The notes under the pieces are model-generated. The model ran no database searches and was not told where the DNA came from. It saw nothing but the letters and a program-made list of their open reading frames with translations. Shown here one piece after another: positions 8,604 through 17,409 of a stretch of 64,000 bases of DNA. Source of the stretch: Actinomycetales bacterium (GTDB lineage Bacteria; Actinomycetota; Actinomycetes; S36-B12; UBA5976); assembly GCA_018969715.1 (NCBI GenBank), contig JAGWXT010000007.1, positions 11,044 to 75,043 of the forward strand. Direction: 5' to 3'. Position numbers and translations under genes: made by a program. Each line of letters starts with the position of its first letter. Positions within the stretch are counted from its first letter, which is position 1.

Positions 8604-9689
8604 ATGACCCAGCCCGTTCGCTTCGAGGGTGCCACCCTCACGTACCCAGGCGCCACCATCCCCGCCGTCAACCAACTCGACCTCGCCATCGATGAGGGGG
8701 AGTTCCTCGTCCTCGTCGGCCCATCCGGCTGCGGCAAGTCCACCTGCCTGCGAATGCTTGCCGGTCTTGAGGCCGTCACCGCCGGGAGCATCCACATCGG
8801 TGCCCGTGATGTGACGAATGTGGCGGCCAAGGATCGCGATATCGCGATGGTGTTCCAGAACTATGCGCTCTACCCGCATATGAGCGTGGCCGAGAACATG
8901 AGCTTCGCCCTGCGCATCCAGAAGGCGCCGCGGGCGGAGATCGACCGCCGAGTGCGTGAGGCAGCCGCCCTGCTCGACCTCACCGACTACCTCGATCGCA
9001 AGCCGAAGGCGCTCTCCGGCGGTCAGCGGCAGCGGGTTGCGATGGGACGGGCGATCGTCCGCGAGCCGCAGGTGTTCCTCATGGATGAACCGTTGAGCAA
9101 TCTGGATGCCAAGTTGCGCGTCCAGACCCGAACTCAGATCGCCGCACTGCAGAAGCGCCTGGGCACGACAACCGTCTATGTCACCCATGATCAGGTCGAG
9201 GCGATGACGATGGGTCACCGGGTGGCGGTGCTGAAGGACGGGCTGCTGCAGCAGGTCGACACGCCACGTGCGCTCTATGACACCCCGGTCAACCGCTTCG
9301 TTGCGACCTTCATCGGCTCACCCGCGATGAACATCTTCCAGGTGCCGATCGTTGACGGGGGTGTTGACCTGGCTGGCTGGCACGTCCCGGTGCCGCGCGA
9401 GGTGCTCAGCCGCGCCAGCAGCGGTGAGGTGCTGCTTGGTGTGCGTCCCGAGGCCATGCGGTTCGCCGCCGAAGGTGCGCCGATGACGGTGACCCTCGTC
9501 GAGGAACTCGGGAGCGACACCTACGTCTACGGTACGCTCGCGCGCAGCGATGGCTCCCTTGACGACGTGGTGGCGCGACCGTGGGGCATCGCCTCCCCCG
9601 CCGTGGGTGCAACGGTCCATGTGGCACCGCAGGACGTGTACCTCTTCGATGGTGCCGGGGCGCAGGTGCGGCTGGCGGCCGGCGGCTAG
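8604..9689 (+). CDS. msiK: MsiK/UgpC/MalK-type sugar ABC transporter ATP-binding protein (orphan ATPase)
   Basis: Walker A GPSGCGKST, signature LSGGQRQRVAMGRA and Walker B FLMDEPLSNLD, plus a C-terminal regulatory (TOBE-like) extension. No permease or binding-protein gene is adjacent. Confidence 0.85.
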   Translation: MTQPVRFEGATLTYPGATIPAVNQLDLAIDEGEFLVLVGPSGCGKSTCLRMLAGLEAVTAGSIHIGARDVTNVAAKDRDIAMVFQNYALYPHMSVAENMSFALRIQKAPRAEIDRRVREAAALLDLTDYLDRKPKALSGGQRQRVAMGRAIVREPQVFLMDEPLSNLDAKLRVQTRTQIAALQKRLGTTTVYVTHDQVEAMTMGHRVAVLKDGLLQQVDTPRALYDTPVNRFVATFIGSPAMNIFQVPIVDGGVDLAGWHVPVPREVLSRASSGEVLLGVRPEAMRFAAEGAPMTVTLVEELGSDTYVYGTLARSDGSLDDVVARPWGIASPAVGATVHVAPQDVYLFDGAGAQVRLAAGG

Positions 9690-9752
9690 GGGTCAGCTGG
9701 GTCCGCTGCGGGTGCCGCCCGCGAGCGGGGATACGCACCGCAGTGGGCGCCG

Positions 9753-10709
9753 GTGACCCGCCGTGGGCTGTTGCTGTTCATCCTGCTCTCCTGCGTCTGG
9801 GGAATTCCGTACCTGCTGATCAAGGTCGCCGTCGATGAGGTGAGCCCGTCGGTCATCGTCGCCCTGCGGGTCGGACTGGCCGCGGCGGTACTGCTGCCGA
9901 TCGCCCTGCGTCGCCGGCAATGGCGGTCGGTTGTCCCGGTGTGGCCCTGGGTCCTGCTGTTCGCGGTGACCGAGATCAGTGGGCCGTTCCTGCTCATCTC
10001 GGCAGCCGAGCAGCGCTTGAGCAGCGGACTCACCGCCCTGCTGATCGCGGCCACCCCGATCATGGCGGTGATCCTGGCCGCGCTGCTGCGGTTGAACGAC
10101 CCCGTCAGCGGTGCGCGTGCCGTGGGTCTGGCGGTGGGGGTGATCGGCGTGGCGGCACTGGTTGGACTGGATGTGCGGGGCGGTGACCTACTTGGGGTCG
10201 CCGCCGTTCTGCTGGCCGCACTCGGCTACGCCATCGCCCCGATCATCGTCGCCACCCGCCTGCGGGGGGTCGACTCGGTCACGGTCATCACCCTTGCCCT
10301 GTTGCTGAACACCCTTGGCTATGCGCCGGTTGCGTGGGCGCAGTGGCCGGTGGTCGCCCCATCGGCGCTGGCGTGGGCGGCGATCGCGATCCTCGGCATC
10401 GTCTGCACCGCGGTGGCCTTTGTGGCCCTGTTCGCCCTCATCGATGAGGTCGGGGCCAGTCGGGCCAACGTCATCACCTTCCTCAACCCCGCGGTCGCGG
10501 TCATTGCCGGCGCCCTGCTGCTGGGCGAGCCGATCACCCTTGGCGTGGTGATCGGGTTCGTCCTGGTGGTCAGCGGCTCGGTGCTGGCGACGAGGAGACC
10601 GCAACCCGCAGGTGGTCGAGATGACGGTGGAACCAGTCCACCTGCATCCGCGGCTGCTGACCGGGCAGGAACGCCAGCGCCGGGTATCGATCCAGTAGCG
10701 CCGCGGTAG
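9753..10709 (+). CDS. EamA/DMT-family transporter
   Basis: 318 aa with 10 predicted TM segments in two EamA-like halves, followed by a disordered Pro/Ala/Gly tail. Confidence 0.75.
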   Translation: MTRRGLLLFILLSCVWGIPYLLIKVAVDEVSPSVIVALRVGLAAAVLLPIALRRRQWRSVVPVWPWVLLFAVTEISGPFLLISAAEQRLSSGLTALLIAATPIMAVILAALLRLNDPVSGARAVGLAVGVIGVAALVGLDVRGGDLLGVAAVLLAALGYAIAPIIVATRLRGVDSVTVITLALLLNTLGYAPVAWAQWPVVAPSALAWAAIAILGIVCTAVAFVALFALIDEVGASRANVITFLNPAVAVIAGALLLGEPITLGVVIGFVLVVSGSVLATRRPQPAGGRDDGGTSPPASAAADRAGTPAPGIDPVAPR

Positions 10710-11814
10710 CCGAGATCACCTCGGCGCGGGCCAGGTGGTAGCCGATGCAGAAGTGCTTGCCCAGGCCGAAGCCAACGTGGTTGGCAACCCCATCCCGGAT
10801 TCCGCCGGCGCGCTTCTCCGGCCCAAGGTTGAGGTCGGCCCGCCCAAGGTCGAAGGTGCGCGGGTTCGCGAAGACGGTCTCATCGTTATTTGCCGACATC
10901 AGTGCCACCCGGACGATCGCGCCGGCCGGGATCACCTGCCCATGCCACTGGACCTCCGCGGTCAACTCCCGGTCCTCGTACACGACAACCCCGTCCCGGC
11001 GCATGAACTCCGAGAACGCCGCACCCAGCAGTGAGTGATCTGCGCGGACTGCGGCCATGACCTCCGGCTCGGTCATGAGGACGTACCAGAAGTTCGCCAG
11101 CGCTCGGTCGCTGGTCTCGCCACCGGCCACCAGCAGCAGGCTGATGAAGGAGGCGATCTCATCCCGCGACAGTTGCTCACCGGACTCGCTGCGGCCATGT
11201 GCGATGCCGGAGATGAGGTCGCTGGTGGGTGTGGCCAGCCGATCGGTGATGAGGGCATCGATCTGCTGGGCAAACTCGGTGTGCTTGTCGCGACCAGCGG
11301 ACTTTGCCGGCTCCACCCCGGCCAGGGCCGCGATGACCTCGGCTGCGACCTCGTGCAGGTACGCGTCATAGGACTCGGGCATGCCGAGCATCGTGGCGAC
11401 CACCTTCAACGGCAGCGGTGAGGTGACCGAGCCGATCAGGTCGACCTCGCCGGTAGCGGGCAGTGGCCGGAGCAGTCCGGCGACCACCGTGTCGATCAGT
11501 GGCTGGTAGTTCTGCTCGAGGGTGCGGCCCACCATGACCGGGGCAACGATCGAACGGCGGACGTCGTGATCCTTGCCGTCCATCTGCACCATCGTGGGGC
11601 CGATGACATCGGTGAAGATGCGCTCATAGGGCTTGGCCGAGTAGACCGCATGGTCACGGAAGACGGCGGTGACATCGTCGTACCGGGTGAGCAGCCAGCG
11701 ATCGTCGATGCTGTCGTAGAACAGGGGCTGTTCATGACGCAGCTGTTCCCAGACCCCGAACGGATCGTCAAAGTAGGCCTGGCTGTGAAGGGTCTCCGAG
11801 GTGACCGTCGACAT
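10570..11814 (-). CDS. cytochrome P450
   Basis: 414 aa starting at MSTVTSETL (ATG at 11814). It has the I-helix motif AGGETS, ExxR, and the heme-Cys loop FGLGKHFCIG. The longer track ORF (to 12450) is upstream read-through. Confidence 0.9.
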   Translation of the reverse strand: MSTVTSETLHSQAYFDDPFGVWEQLRHEQPLFYDSIDDRWLLTRYDDVTAVFRDHAVYSAKPYERIFTDVIGPTMVQMDGKDHDVRRSIVAPVMVGRTLEQNYQPLIDTVVAGLLRPLPATGEVDLIGSVTSPLPLKVVATMLGMPESYDAYLHEVAAEVIAALAGVEPAKSAGRDKHTEFAQQIDALITDRLATPTSDLISGIAHGRSESGEQLSRDEIASFISLLLVAGGETSDRALANFWYVLMTEPEVMAAVRADHSLLGAAFSEFMRRDGVVVYEDRELTAEVQWHGQVIPAGAIVRVALMSANNDETVFANPRTFDLGRADLNLGPEKRAGGIRDGVANHVGFGLGKHFCIGYHLARAEVISATAALLDRYPALAFLPGQQPRMQVDWFHRHLDHLRVAVSSSPAPSR

Positions 11815-11879
11815 CGGGATGCTCCTCGACTCGGGCAGTGCGGGCCGGGCGCCCGCGCGCGCGGAAACGTTACCAGCCC

Positions 11880-11899
11880 GGCGCCCGAAAGAGGGCGCC
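11880..11899 (-). terminator. candidate stem-loop terminator downstream of sodA
   Basis: 7-bp GC stem GGCGCCC / GGGCGCC with a 6-nt loop, 52 nt after the sodA stop. There is no clear U-tract. Confidence 0.3.
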
Positions 11900-11950
11900 C
11901 CGGGGGGGGATCCCCAGTGACGCCCTCCGCGGTTCGCTTGGGCCGGTGGC

Positions 11951-12553
11951 TCAGGCCGAGGTGAAGCGGGCGGCCACGGTCGGCCAGTGCACGACGTTCC
12001 ACCATGCCTTGAGGTACTCCGGGCGTCGGTTCTGGTAGCGCAGGTAGTAGGCGTGCTCCCAGACATCGTTGCCCAGCAGGACGGTGAGGCCATCGGTGAT
12101 CGGTGAGTCCTGATTGGCCGTGGTCGTGATGGCCAATCCGGCCGGACCGTTGACCAGCCACACCCACCCCGAGCCGAAGCGACCGACGCCGGCGGCCTCG
12201 AACTGCTCGGTGAAGGCGCTGAAGGAGCCGAACGTTGCGTCGATCGCCGCGCCGAGGGCGCCGTCGGGGGCGCCGCCGCCGTCCGGAGACATCCAGTCCC
12301 AGAACAGTGAGTGGTTGAGATGGCCGCCGCCGTTGTTGCGGACCGCGGTGCGGATGCTCTCCGGCACGTCGGCGAGGGAGGCGACGAGGGACTCGATGGA
12401 GTGATCCGCCCAGGGCGTGCCGTCGACCGCGGCATTGAGCTTGTCGACATAGGCCTGATGGTGCTTGTCGTGATGCAGGGTCATCGTCTGCGCGTCGATA
12501 TGCGGTTCAAGGGCGTCGTAGGCATAGGGAAGTGGTGGCACCGTGAAGGCCAT
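11951..12553 (-). CDS. sodA: Fe/Mn superoxide dismutase
   Basis: 200 aa starting at [10 protein letters not shown] (ATG at 12553). It has the LHHDKHH and DVWEHAYY signature motifs. Confidence 0.95.
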   Translation of the reverse strand: MAFTVPPLPYAYDALEPHIDAQTMTLHHDKHHQAYVDKLNAAVDGTPWADHSIESLVASLADVPESIRTAVRNNGGGHLNHSLFWDWMSPDGGGAPDGALGAAIDATFGSFSAFTEQFEAAGVGRFGSGWVWLVNGPAGLAITTTANQDSPITDGLTVLLGNDVWEHAYYLRYQNRRPEYLKAWWNVVHWPTVAARFTSA

Positions 12554-12672
12554 GGCATCCTCCAGTTGGGGTTGGGACGGGCAGGTGGATCGGGTGGGTC
12601 GGGCAGTGGCGCTGCTGAACGCGACTGCGCCATCATGCCGCATCACCGGCGACGACATGGCAGTCTGAGGGC

Positions 12673-13092
12673 ATGGTGAAACGGGGAGGTGCGGTCGGGG
12701 CCGTCGTGCTCGGGCTGCTGGCGACCGGGTTGACCGCCTGGCCGGCGACGGCGGCAACGACCGCCGGGGACTATTCATTGACGGTGACCGTGCGGGCAAC
12801 CGCGGAGGCGGCGCCGGTACGGCACACCCTTCGGTGTCGACCGACGGGGGGTAGCCACCCGCAGGCCGCCGCCGCCTGCCGGGATCTGCTGGCGGCGCGT
12901 CCCCGACCGCCGTTTGCGCCGGTTCCGGGGACAACCGCCTGCACCCAGATCTACGGCGGTCCGCAGACGGCCCGCGTCGTCGGACGGTGGGCGGGGCAGC
13001 AAGTCCGGGCCACTTTCAACCGGATCAATGGCTGTGAGCTCGACCGGTGGGAACAGATGGGTGCCGTCCTGTCGGCGCTGACCCGCACCTAG
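12673..13092 (+). CDS. secreted subtilisin-inhibitor (SSI) family protein
   Basis: 139 aa with a signal peptide, then the SSI-like pattern: L.C.P.GGSHP..AAAC..L, C.Q.YGGP, and G.W.G..V...F.R.NGCE with two Cys pairs. Confidence 0.7.
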   Translation: MVKRGGAVGAVVLGLLATGLTAWPATAATTAGDYSLTVTVRATAEAAPVRHTLRCRPTGGSHPQAAAACRDLLAARPRPPFAPVPGTTACTQIYGGPQTARVVGRWAGQQVRATFNRINGCELDRWEQMGAVLSALTRT

Positions 13093-13103
13093 TCGCCGCG
13101 ACC

Positions 13104-14072
13104 GTGGGAGGTCTGGTGCGGGGCGCGGTGCGGGCGGTCACGTGGGCCGCCTGCGCCCTCTTCATCGGTTCGGTCGTTGGTGGTTCCGCCCCGGCGGGTT
13201 CGGTCGTTGGTGGTTCCGCCCCGGCGGCTTCGGTCGTTGGTGGTTCCGCCCCGGCGGCGAGTGACCCGGTATCGGTTCGCCAGCTGCTCGCCCAGCTGCC
13301 GGTGGCGCCGGAGCGCAACGCCGGGTACGAGCGGGACTACTTCCGGCATTGGTCCGACCTCGACGGTGACGGGTGCGATACCCGACGCGAGGTCCTGCGG
13401 CGGGACAGCGAGATCCCGGTCACCATCACGGGGAGGTGTCGCATCGTGCTGGGGCGGTGGTACTCCCCCTATGACGGTGGGCGGTCGTCCGACCCGGCGA
13501 CCTTCGACATCGACCATGTCGTTCCGCTGGCCGAGGCATGGGGCTCCGGGGCGTGGCGGTGGAGTGCGGTCACGCGCGAGGCCTTCGCCAACGATCTTGG
13601 CTCCCCCTCGTCACTGATCGCCGTCACGGCGTCCAGTAATCGTTCCAAGAGCGATCGAGATCCGGCCGAGTGGCTACCCGCCGCGACCGATACCTGCCGC
13701 TACCTCTCTGACTGGGTGGTGACGAAATGGCGGTGGCGACTGCGCATCGACCCGATTGAGCGGGCGGTGCTCGTCAGCGCACTGGGCAACTGCCCAGATC
13801 GACGGGTGCAGGTGGTGAGGGCGGTCATCGTGAACGGTCCGGACGCCGGCCCGGGTGCTCCCGACGCCGGCCCCACCGCTCCCGACGCCGGCCCCACCGC
13901 TCCCGACGCCGGCCCGGGGGCTCCCGACGCCGCTCCATCGGTCGTCCGGTACCCGAACTGCGCGGCCGCGCGCGCGGCCGGCGTCACTCCGATCCGTCAA
14001 GCCGAGGCGCCCGCGCTCTACGCCGCCAATCAGCACATGGATCGCGATAAGGATGGTGTGGCCTGCGAGTGA
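13104..14072 (+). CDS. secreted HNH/DUF1524-type nuclease with C-terminal Excalibur calcium-binding domain
   Basis: The core contains YERDYFRHW, DGDGCDTR, IDHVVPLAEAW and NRSKSDRDPAEWLP (DUF1524/GmrSD C-terminal HNH). The C-terminus reads YPNCAAARAAGV...DRDKDGVACE (Excalibur). GTG at 13104 gives a signal peptide and avoids overlap with the SSI gene. Confidence 0.75.
   Translation: MGGLVRGAVRAVTWAACALFIGSVVGGSAPAGSVVGGSAPAASVVGGSAPAASDPVSVRQLLAQLPVAPERNAGYERDYFRHWSDLDGDGCDTRREVLRRDSEIPVTITGRCRIVLGRWYSPYDGGRSSDPATFDIDHVVPLAEAWGSGAWRWSAVTREAFANDLGSPSSLIAVTASSNRSKSDRDPAEWLPAATDTCRYLSDWVVTKWRWRLRIDPIERAVLVSALGNCPDRRVQVVRAVIVNGPDAGPGAPDAGPTAPDAGPTAPDAGPGAPDAAPSVVRYPNCAAARAAGVTPIRQAEAPALYAANQHMDRDKDGVACE
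13169..13258 (+). repeat. 3 x 30-bp near-perfect in-frame tandem repeat (encodes SVVGGSAPAx)
   Basis: Read directly: ttcggtcgttggtggttccgccccggcgg[g/c] appears three times, just after the nuclease signal peptide. Confidence 0.9.
13839..13934 (+). repeat. about 4.5 x 21-bp in-frame tandem repeat (encodes PDAGP[G/T]A)
   Basis: Read directly: cccgacgccggccccaccgct-type units form the linker in front of the Excalibur domain. Confidence 0.9.
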
Positions 14073-14306
14073 CGCGTCCACCACCGAGCCTTTCGCGGCG
14101 GGTCGTGCGGCTGCCTACCGTGGCGGCGGCAGGGTCGACTGGTACCTGCCATCCCGGGATGAGGTGAATGCACCGCTGCGTCAGGCTGATGCGGTGGGCG
14201 GGATCAGCGACCAGGCGCACCCGCTGACGTCGGCAATCGTGCCCAGCGGCTGCTCGTCCGACCGATTAGGGCGTTCTGATCATGTAGGTGCCTAGTCTTG
14301 ACGTAG

Positions 14307-15086
14307 GTGAAGGGTCGCGGCTACCTTGCATCGGTGAGCGCAGGAGATGCTGCATGGAAGGTTGGACTGCTCAATTCCGGCGTCGATCTGCTTGATTCTT
14401 TCCATCTTGGACGTTGCTTACTTCGTGCAGCGGAGAGTCGATTCGAATCAGAATTGATTCCGAAAGCCCTGGACGCCATCCTTGATGAAGGTTCGTCCTA
14501 CCTCCATATCGATGTCGGCGCCTATCAGGGATGGTGGACGCATTCCTTGGCTCAGATCTCTCGTAACTCGAGCTTTCTGCTAATCGAAGCAAACCCTGAA
14601 TCCGCCGCCGTTCTGGCGTCCGGTCCACTTCCTGCGCGTTCTGTTGTGATGCCTGTCGCCGTGACCCGGCAGGAGGGAGGTCTCGTCGACCTCCACATTA
14701 CGAGGAATGCGGTCGGTACATCCGTTCGACGACCCCTGCCGGGTCAGTCCCACGAATGGACTCACGTCGCGGCTACTGAGCAGGTGGTAAGCCGACGACT
14801 CGATCGAATTGTGGAGGACCTTGCACCAGCTCCGTTAGGGATTCTCAAGATTGATGCACAAGGGGCTGATCTTGAAGTGATGGAGTCGGCCGGCGCACTT
14901 CTTGACGGCGCAGGATTCCTCGGCGTCCAGATCGAGATCAACTTCATGGCCTTCTATGAAGGCCAGGACCCATGGTGGCGGTGCGTCTCCTACCTCGAGG
15001 AACGTCGCTTTAGGTTGCGCGCGCTACACGTCGCCTATGACTCAACACGAAGCGCCATGTATGCAGATGCGCTCTTTTCGGTGTGA
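14307..15086 (+). CDS. FkbM-family SAM-dependent methyltransferase
   Basis: 259 aa with the FkbM hallmarks: HIDVGAYQGWW (SAM-binding loop) and ILKIDAQGADLEVM. Confidence 0.75.
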   Translation: MKGRGYLASVSAGDAAWKVGLLNSGVDLLDSFHLGRCLLRAAESRFESELIPKALDAILDEGSSYLHIDVGAYQGWWTHSLAQISRNSSFLLIEANPESAAVLASGPLPARSVVMPVAVTRQEGGLVDLHITRNAVGTSVRRPLPGQSHEWTHVAATEQVVSRRLDRIVEDLAPAPLGILKIDAQGADLEVMESAGALLDGAGFLGVQIEINFMAFYEGQDPWWRCVSYLEERRFRLRALHVAYDSTRSAMYADALFSV

Positions 15087-15544
15087 TGCACGACCGTGAT
15101 TGCGCCGATGACGCACGCCGTTGACGTCAACCTCTTGGTGCACGGACGCTTCGATGCGCCGTCCAGTCATGAGTCGGCGTACCAACTCCGCACCGCCTTG
15201 TGGTTGACCTTGTACCGCAGCAATGCTGGTGGTTGAAGGAAATCGTCTAAGGAGTTGGAGAGCCCGCCCTCTACCACTCAGATGGGCGAGACGGAGGCGC
15301 TGGCTGGGTGCAGGTAGCGCCCAAGACAGGGGCTACGGTCGCATCTCGATGAGGCGACATGGCGATGAGGGGTTGACGTCCCAATTGCGTAGCGGTGTCG
15401 GGCTGCGTGATCTCGGACCCGTCCGGAGCAGGCGGCCGGGCGCGCCCCCGATAATCCGGTGGCCCTCAGTGGTGGAGATTGATCGGTATCTGTCGTGCGT
15501 GCGGTACCCTTTGAAAAAGTGCTTTCGGCTAAGGAGACCCTCAC

Positions 15545-16177
15545 ATGGCTCTCGTGCCGCGTATGTTTGCGTGGCTAGACCACAAGCGACGATTCCACTG
15601 GAGTCGTGTTCCCGGCTGGATTGGCAAATGGGAGGCCCGTTTGCGTGGGGCCGAGTTAGGGCACGACCTCGCGTTCTTCGGGCGCCCACTCTTTGTGTTG
15701 CACCCCGGTTCGACGCTTCGGATAGGTAACGGGGTCAGCTTGATTAGTGACTCGCGCAGATGTTCGACCGCCAATCTGTACGGCCCATGTCGCTTTCAGA
15801 CAGATTCACCAACCTCCGCCATCATTGTGGGCCATCACACTGGACTCAACGGAACGTCCATTTGGTGTCGAAGCACCGAGGTACTTATCGGGGACGCCTC
15901 CGCAATTGGTCCAAATACGGTGATCATGGACTCACCCGGTCACCCTCTGTGGCCGCCGAGCGCCCGTCGCCACTATCCGGGGACAAATCTCGATCGTCCG
16001 GTGTTCATTGGCGATCAAGTGTGGATTGGGAACGGGGTCTTGGTGTTGGCCGGCTCTCGCATCGGTCACGGATCGGTCGTTGCGGCGCGCAGCGTGGTGA
16101 CTGGCATCCTGCCCGAAAACGTGCTCGCCGCTGGTGTCCCAGCACGAGTCATTCGCAAACTGGGTGACAATGACTAA
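15545..16177 (+). CDS. hexapeptide-repeat (LbH) O-acyl/acetyltransferase, WcaF/LacA-like
   Basis: 210 aa. The C-terminal half has left-handed beta-helix repeats (IGDQVWIGNGVLVLAGSRIGHGSVVAARSVV) followed by PENVLAAGVPARVIRK. AAGGAG lies 8 nt upstream of the ATG. Confidence 0.8.
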   Translation: MALVPRMFAWLDHKRRFHWSRVPGWIGKWEARLRGAELGHDLAFFGRPLFVLHPGSTLRIGNGVSLISDSRRCSTANLYGPCRFQTDSPTSAIIVGHHTGLNGTSIWCRSTEVLIGDASAIGPNTVIMDSPGHPLWPPSARRHYPGTNLDRPVFIGDQVWIGNGVLVLAGSRIGHGSVVAARSVVTGILPENVLAAGVPARVIRKLGDND

Positions 16178-16569
16178 TGTCGAGTGCGTCGGGCCATTGG
16201 GAACGAGTGGCGGTCTGCGGAGACTCGAGAGGGTCCCTCTACTCCGTTGCCTGTGCTGTCCTCAAAGCCGCTGCACCAACCTCCGACTCAGCGTGTTGCA
16301 CCAGTGAAGCGTACGAGAGAGAATGTGGAAATGCTCCTAGAAGTTTCGCGCTCTGATGTCCAGCGAATGGAATCATTCCGCTCATCCTCCGACTACTCTT
16401 CAGCGGCATCGTCGGCCTACAGTCCGTACTGGCGGCACCATTCTGCGAGAATCTCAACTTCAGTTATGCACGATAGTGCTGCCACCGCAAAGGTCGAAGT
16501 TGCGGGCGACTCGGGCTTCTACATTCCTCCCCCCTCAGACCGCGACAGAGTCTCCAGAAGGTCAAGGGA

Positions 16570-17409
16570 TTGGCGGGTAGGTCAATCGAGGCTTTGCGCG
16601 TTGCCTACGAGATCATCGTCCATCAAGGTCCCAGGAGTCCTGTGTGGCCTTCCTTTGATCGGGCCTATTCGCAAGCCATATCGGAGATACCCGGCATAGA
16701 GGCCACGGTCCTTTGCGGTCGTCCGTTTCCGCGCTGTGCTCACGACGTTCGCCTAGCTTATGAGGCTTGGAGTCGGCGAAGAGTTACGCCCCACATCTTG
16801 CTGGCGTATTACTTTCTTGGACTGCTGCTGGCACACGGTTCGCTCGGACACTCACGCAAGAACGTCCTCGAGGTGGGTCCCGGAAGCGGCAACCTCGCCA
16901 GCTTAATTCTGCACTACTTCCCAGATGCGAAAGTGACTCTCGTCGATTTGCCGGAGACCATGCAGCTCTCGTTCTTCTACCTCCGAAGTCTTTTCCCCAA
17001 CCGTCTGCACCTGCTGCCGAATGAACTATCGATACCAGGCGCAAAGGGAGCGAACTGCACCTTCCTCACCCCTGCTCAGCTCGGCGTCCTTTCAGACACT
17101 TCAATTGACTTGGCGGTGAACATTCACTCTTTCCAAGAGATGCTTTATCCGCAGATTGATGCCTACTTCTCAACATTTGACCGGGTGCTTGCACACGGGG
17201 GTCATTCACTGATTGTCAACCGAGCAGAGAAAAGCCCCACGCCTATGGAGGTAAGTTCGGATGGCTCTGATTGCATTCGTTTCGGTGAGTATCCGTGGCC
17301 CACTTCATGGCGTGATCGGCTCTATCTGACGAGTGCATTTCATCGGCTTGTGCAACCGGACAACGTCTTCATCAGAGTCTCGGTAAAGGAAGGCGTGGCC
17401 GTCGAGTGA
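16570..17409 (+). CDS. class I SAM-dependent methyltransferase, putative sugar O-methyltransferase (C-terminal part; may be the 3' portion of a frameshifted gene)
   Basis: 279-aa ORF from a TTG start, with the SAM motif VLEVGPGSGNLAS...VTLVDLPE. A protein-like N-terminal extension (SPYWRHH...VAGDSGFY) sits in another frame at 16331-16560. Confidence 0.65.
   Translation: MAGRSIEALRVAYEIIVHQGPRSPVWPSFDRAYSQAISEIPGIEATVLCGRPFPRCAHDVRLAYEAWSRRRVTPHILLAYYFLGLLLAHGSLGHSRKNVLEVGPGSGNLASLILHYFPDAKVTLVDLPETMQLSFFYLRSLFPNRLHLLPNELSIPGAKGANCTFLTPAQLGVLSDTSIDLAVNIHSFQEMLYPQIDAYFSTFDRVLAHGGHSLIVNRAEKSPTPMEVSSDGSDCIRFGEYPWPTSWRDRLYLTSAFHRLVQPDNVFIRVSVKEGVAVE

Noticed and set aside
10570-12450. 626-aa track ORF suggesting a giant P450 fusion, and the 327-aa ORF 11951..12934 extending SodA
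   Set aside because: The conserved P450 and SodA sequences begin at internal Met codons (11814 and 12553). The upstream extensions are Pro/Arg/Ser-rich read-through, and the P450 extension would run across the sodA gene in another frame.
13855-14295. 146-aa ORF running past the nuclease gene; its tail contains DWYLPSRDEVN, reminiscent of DUF1566-type domains
   Set aside because: Its 5' half is an out-of-frame overlap of the nuclease repeat region. Only about 75 codons are unique, and there is no start or RBS context. At most it is a gene remnant at the island border.
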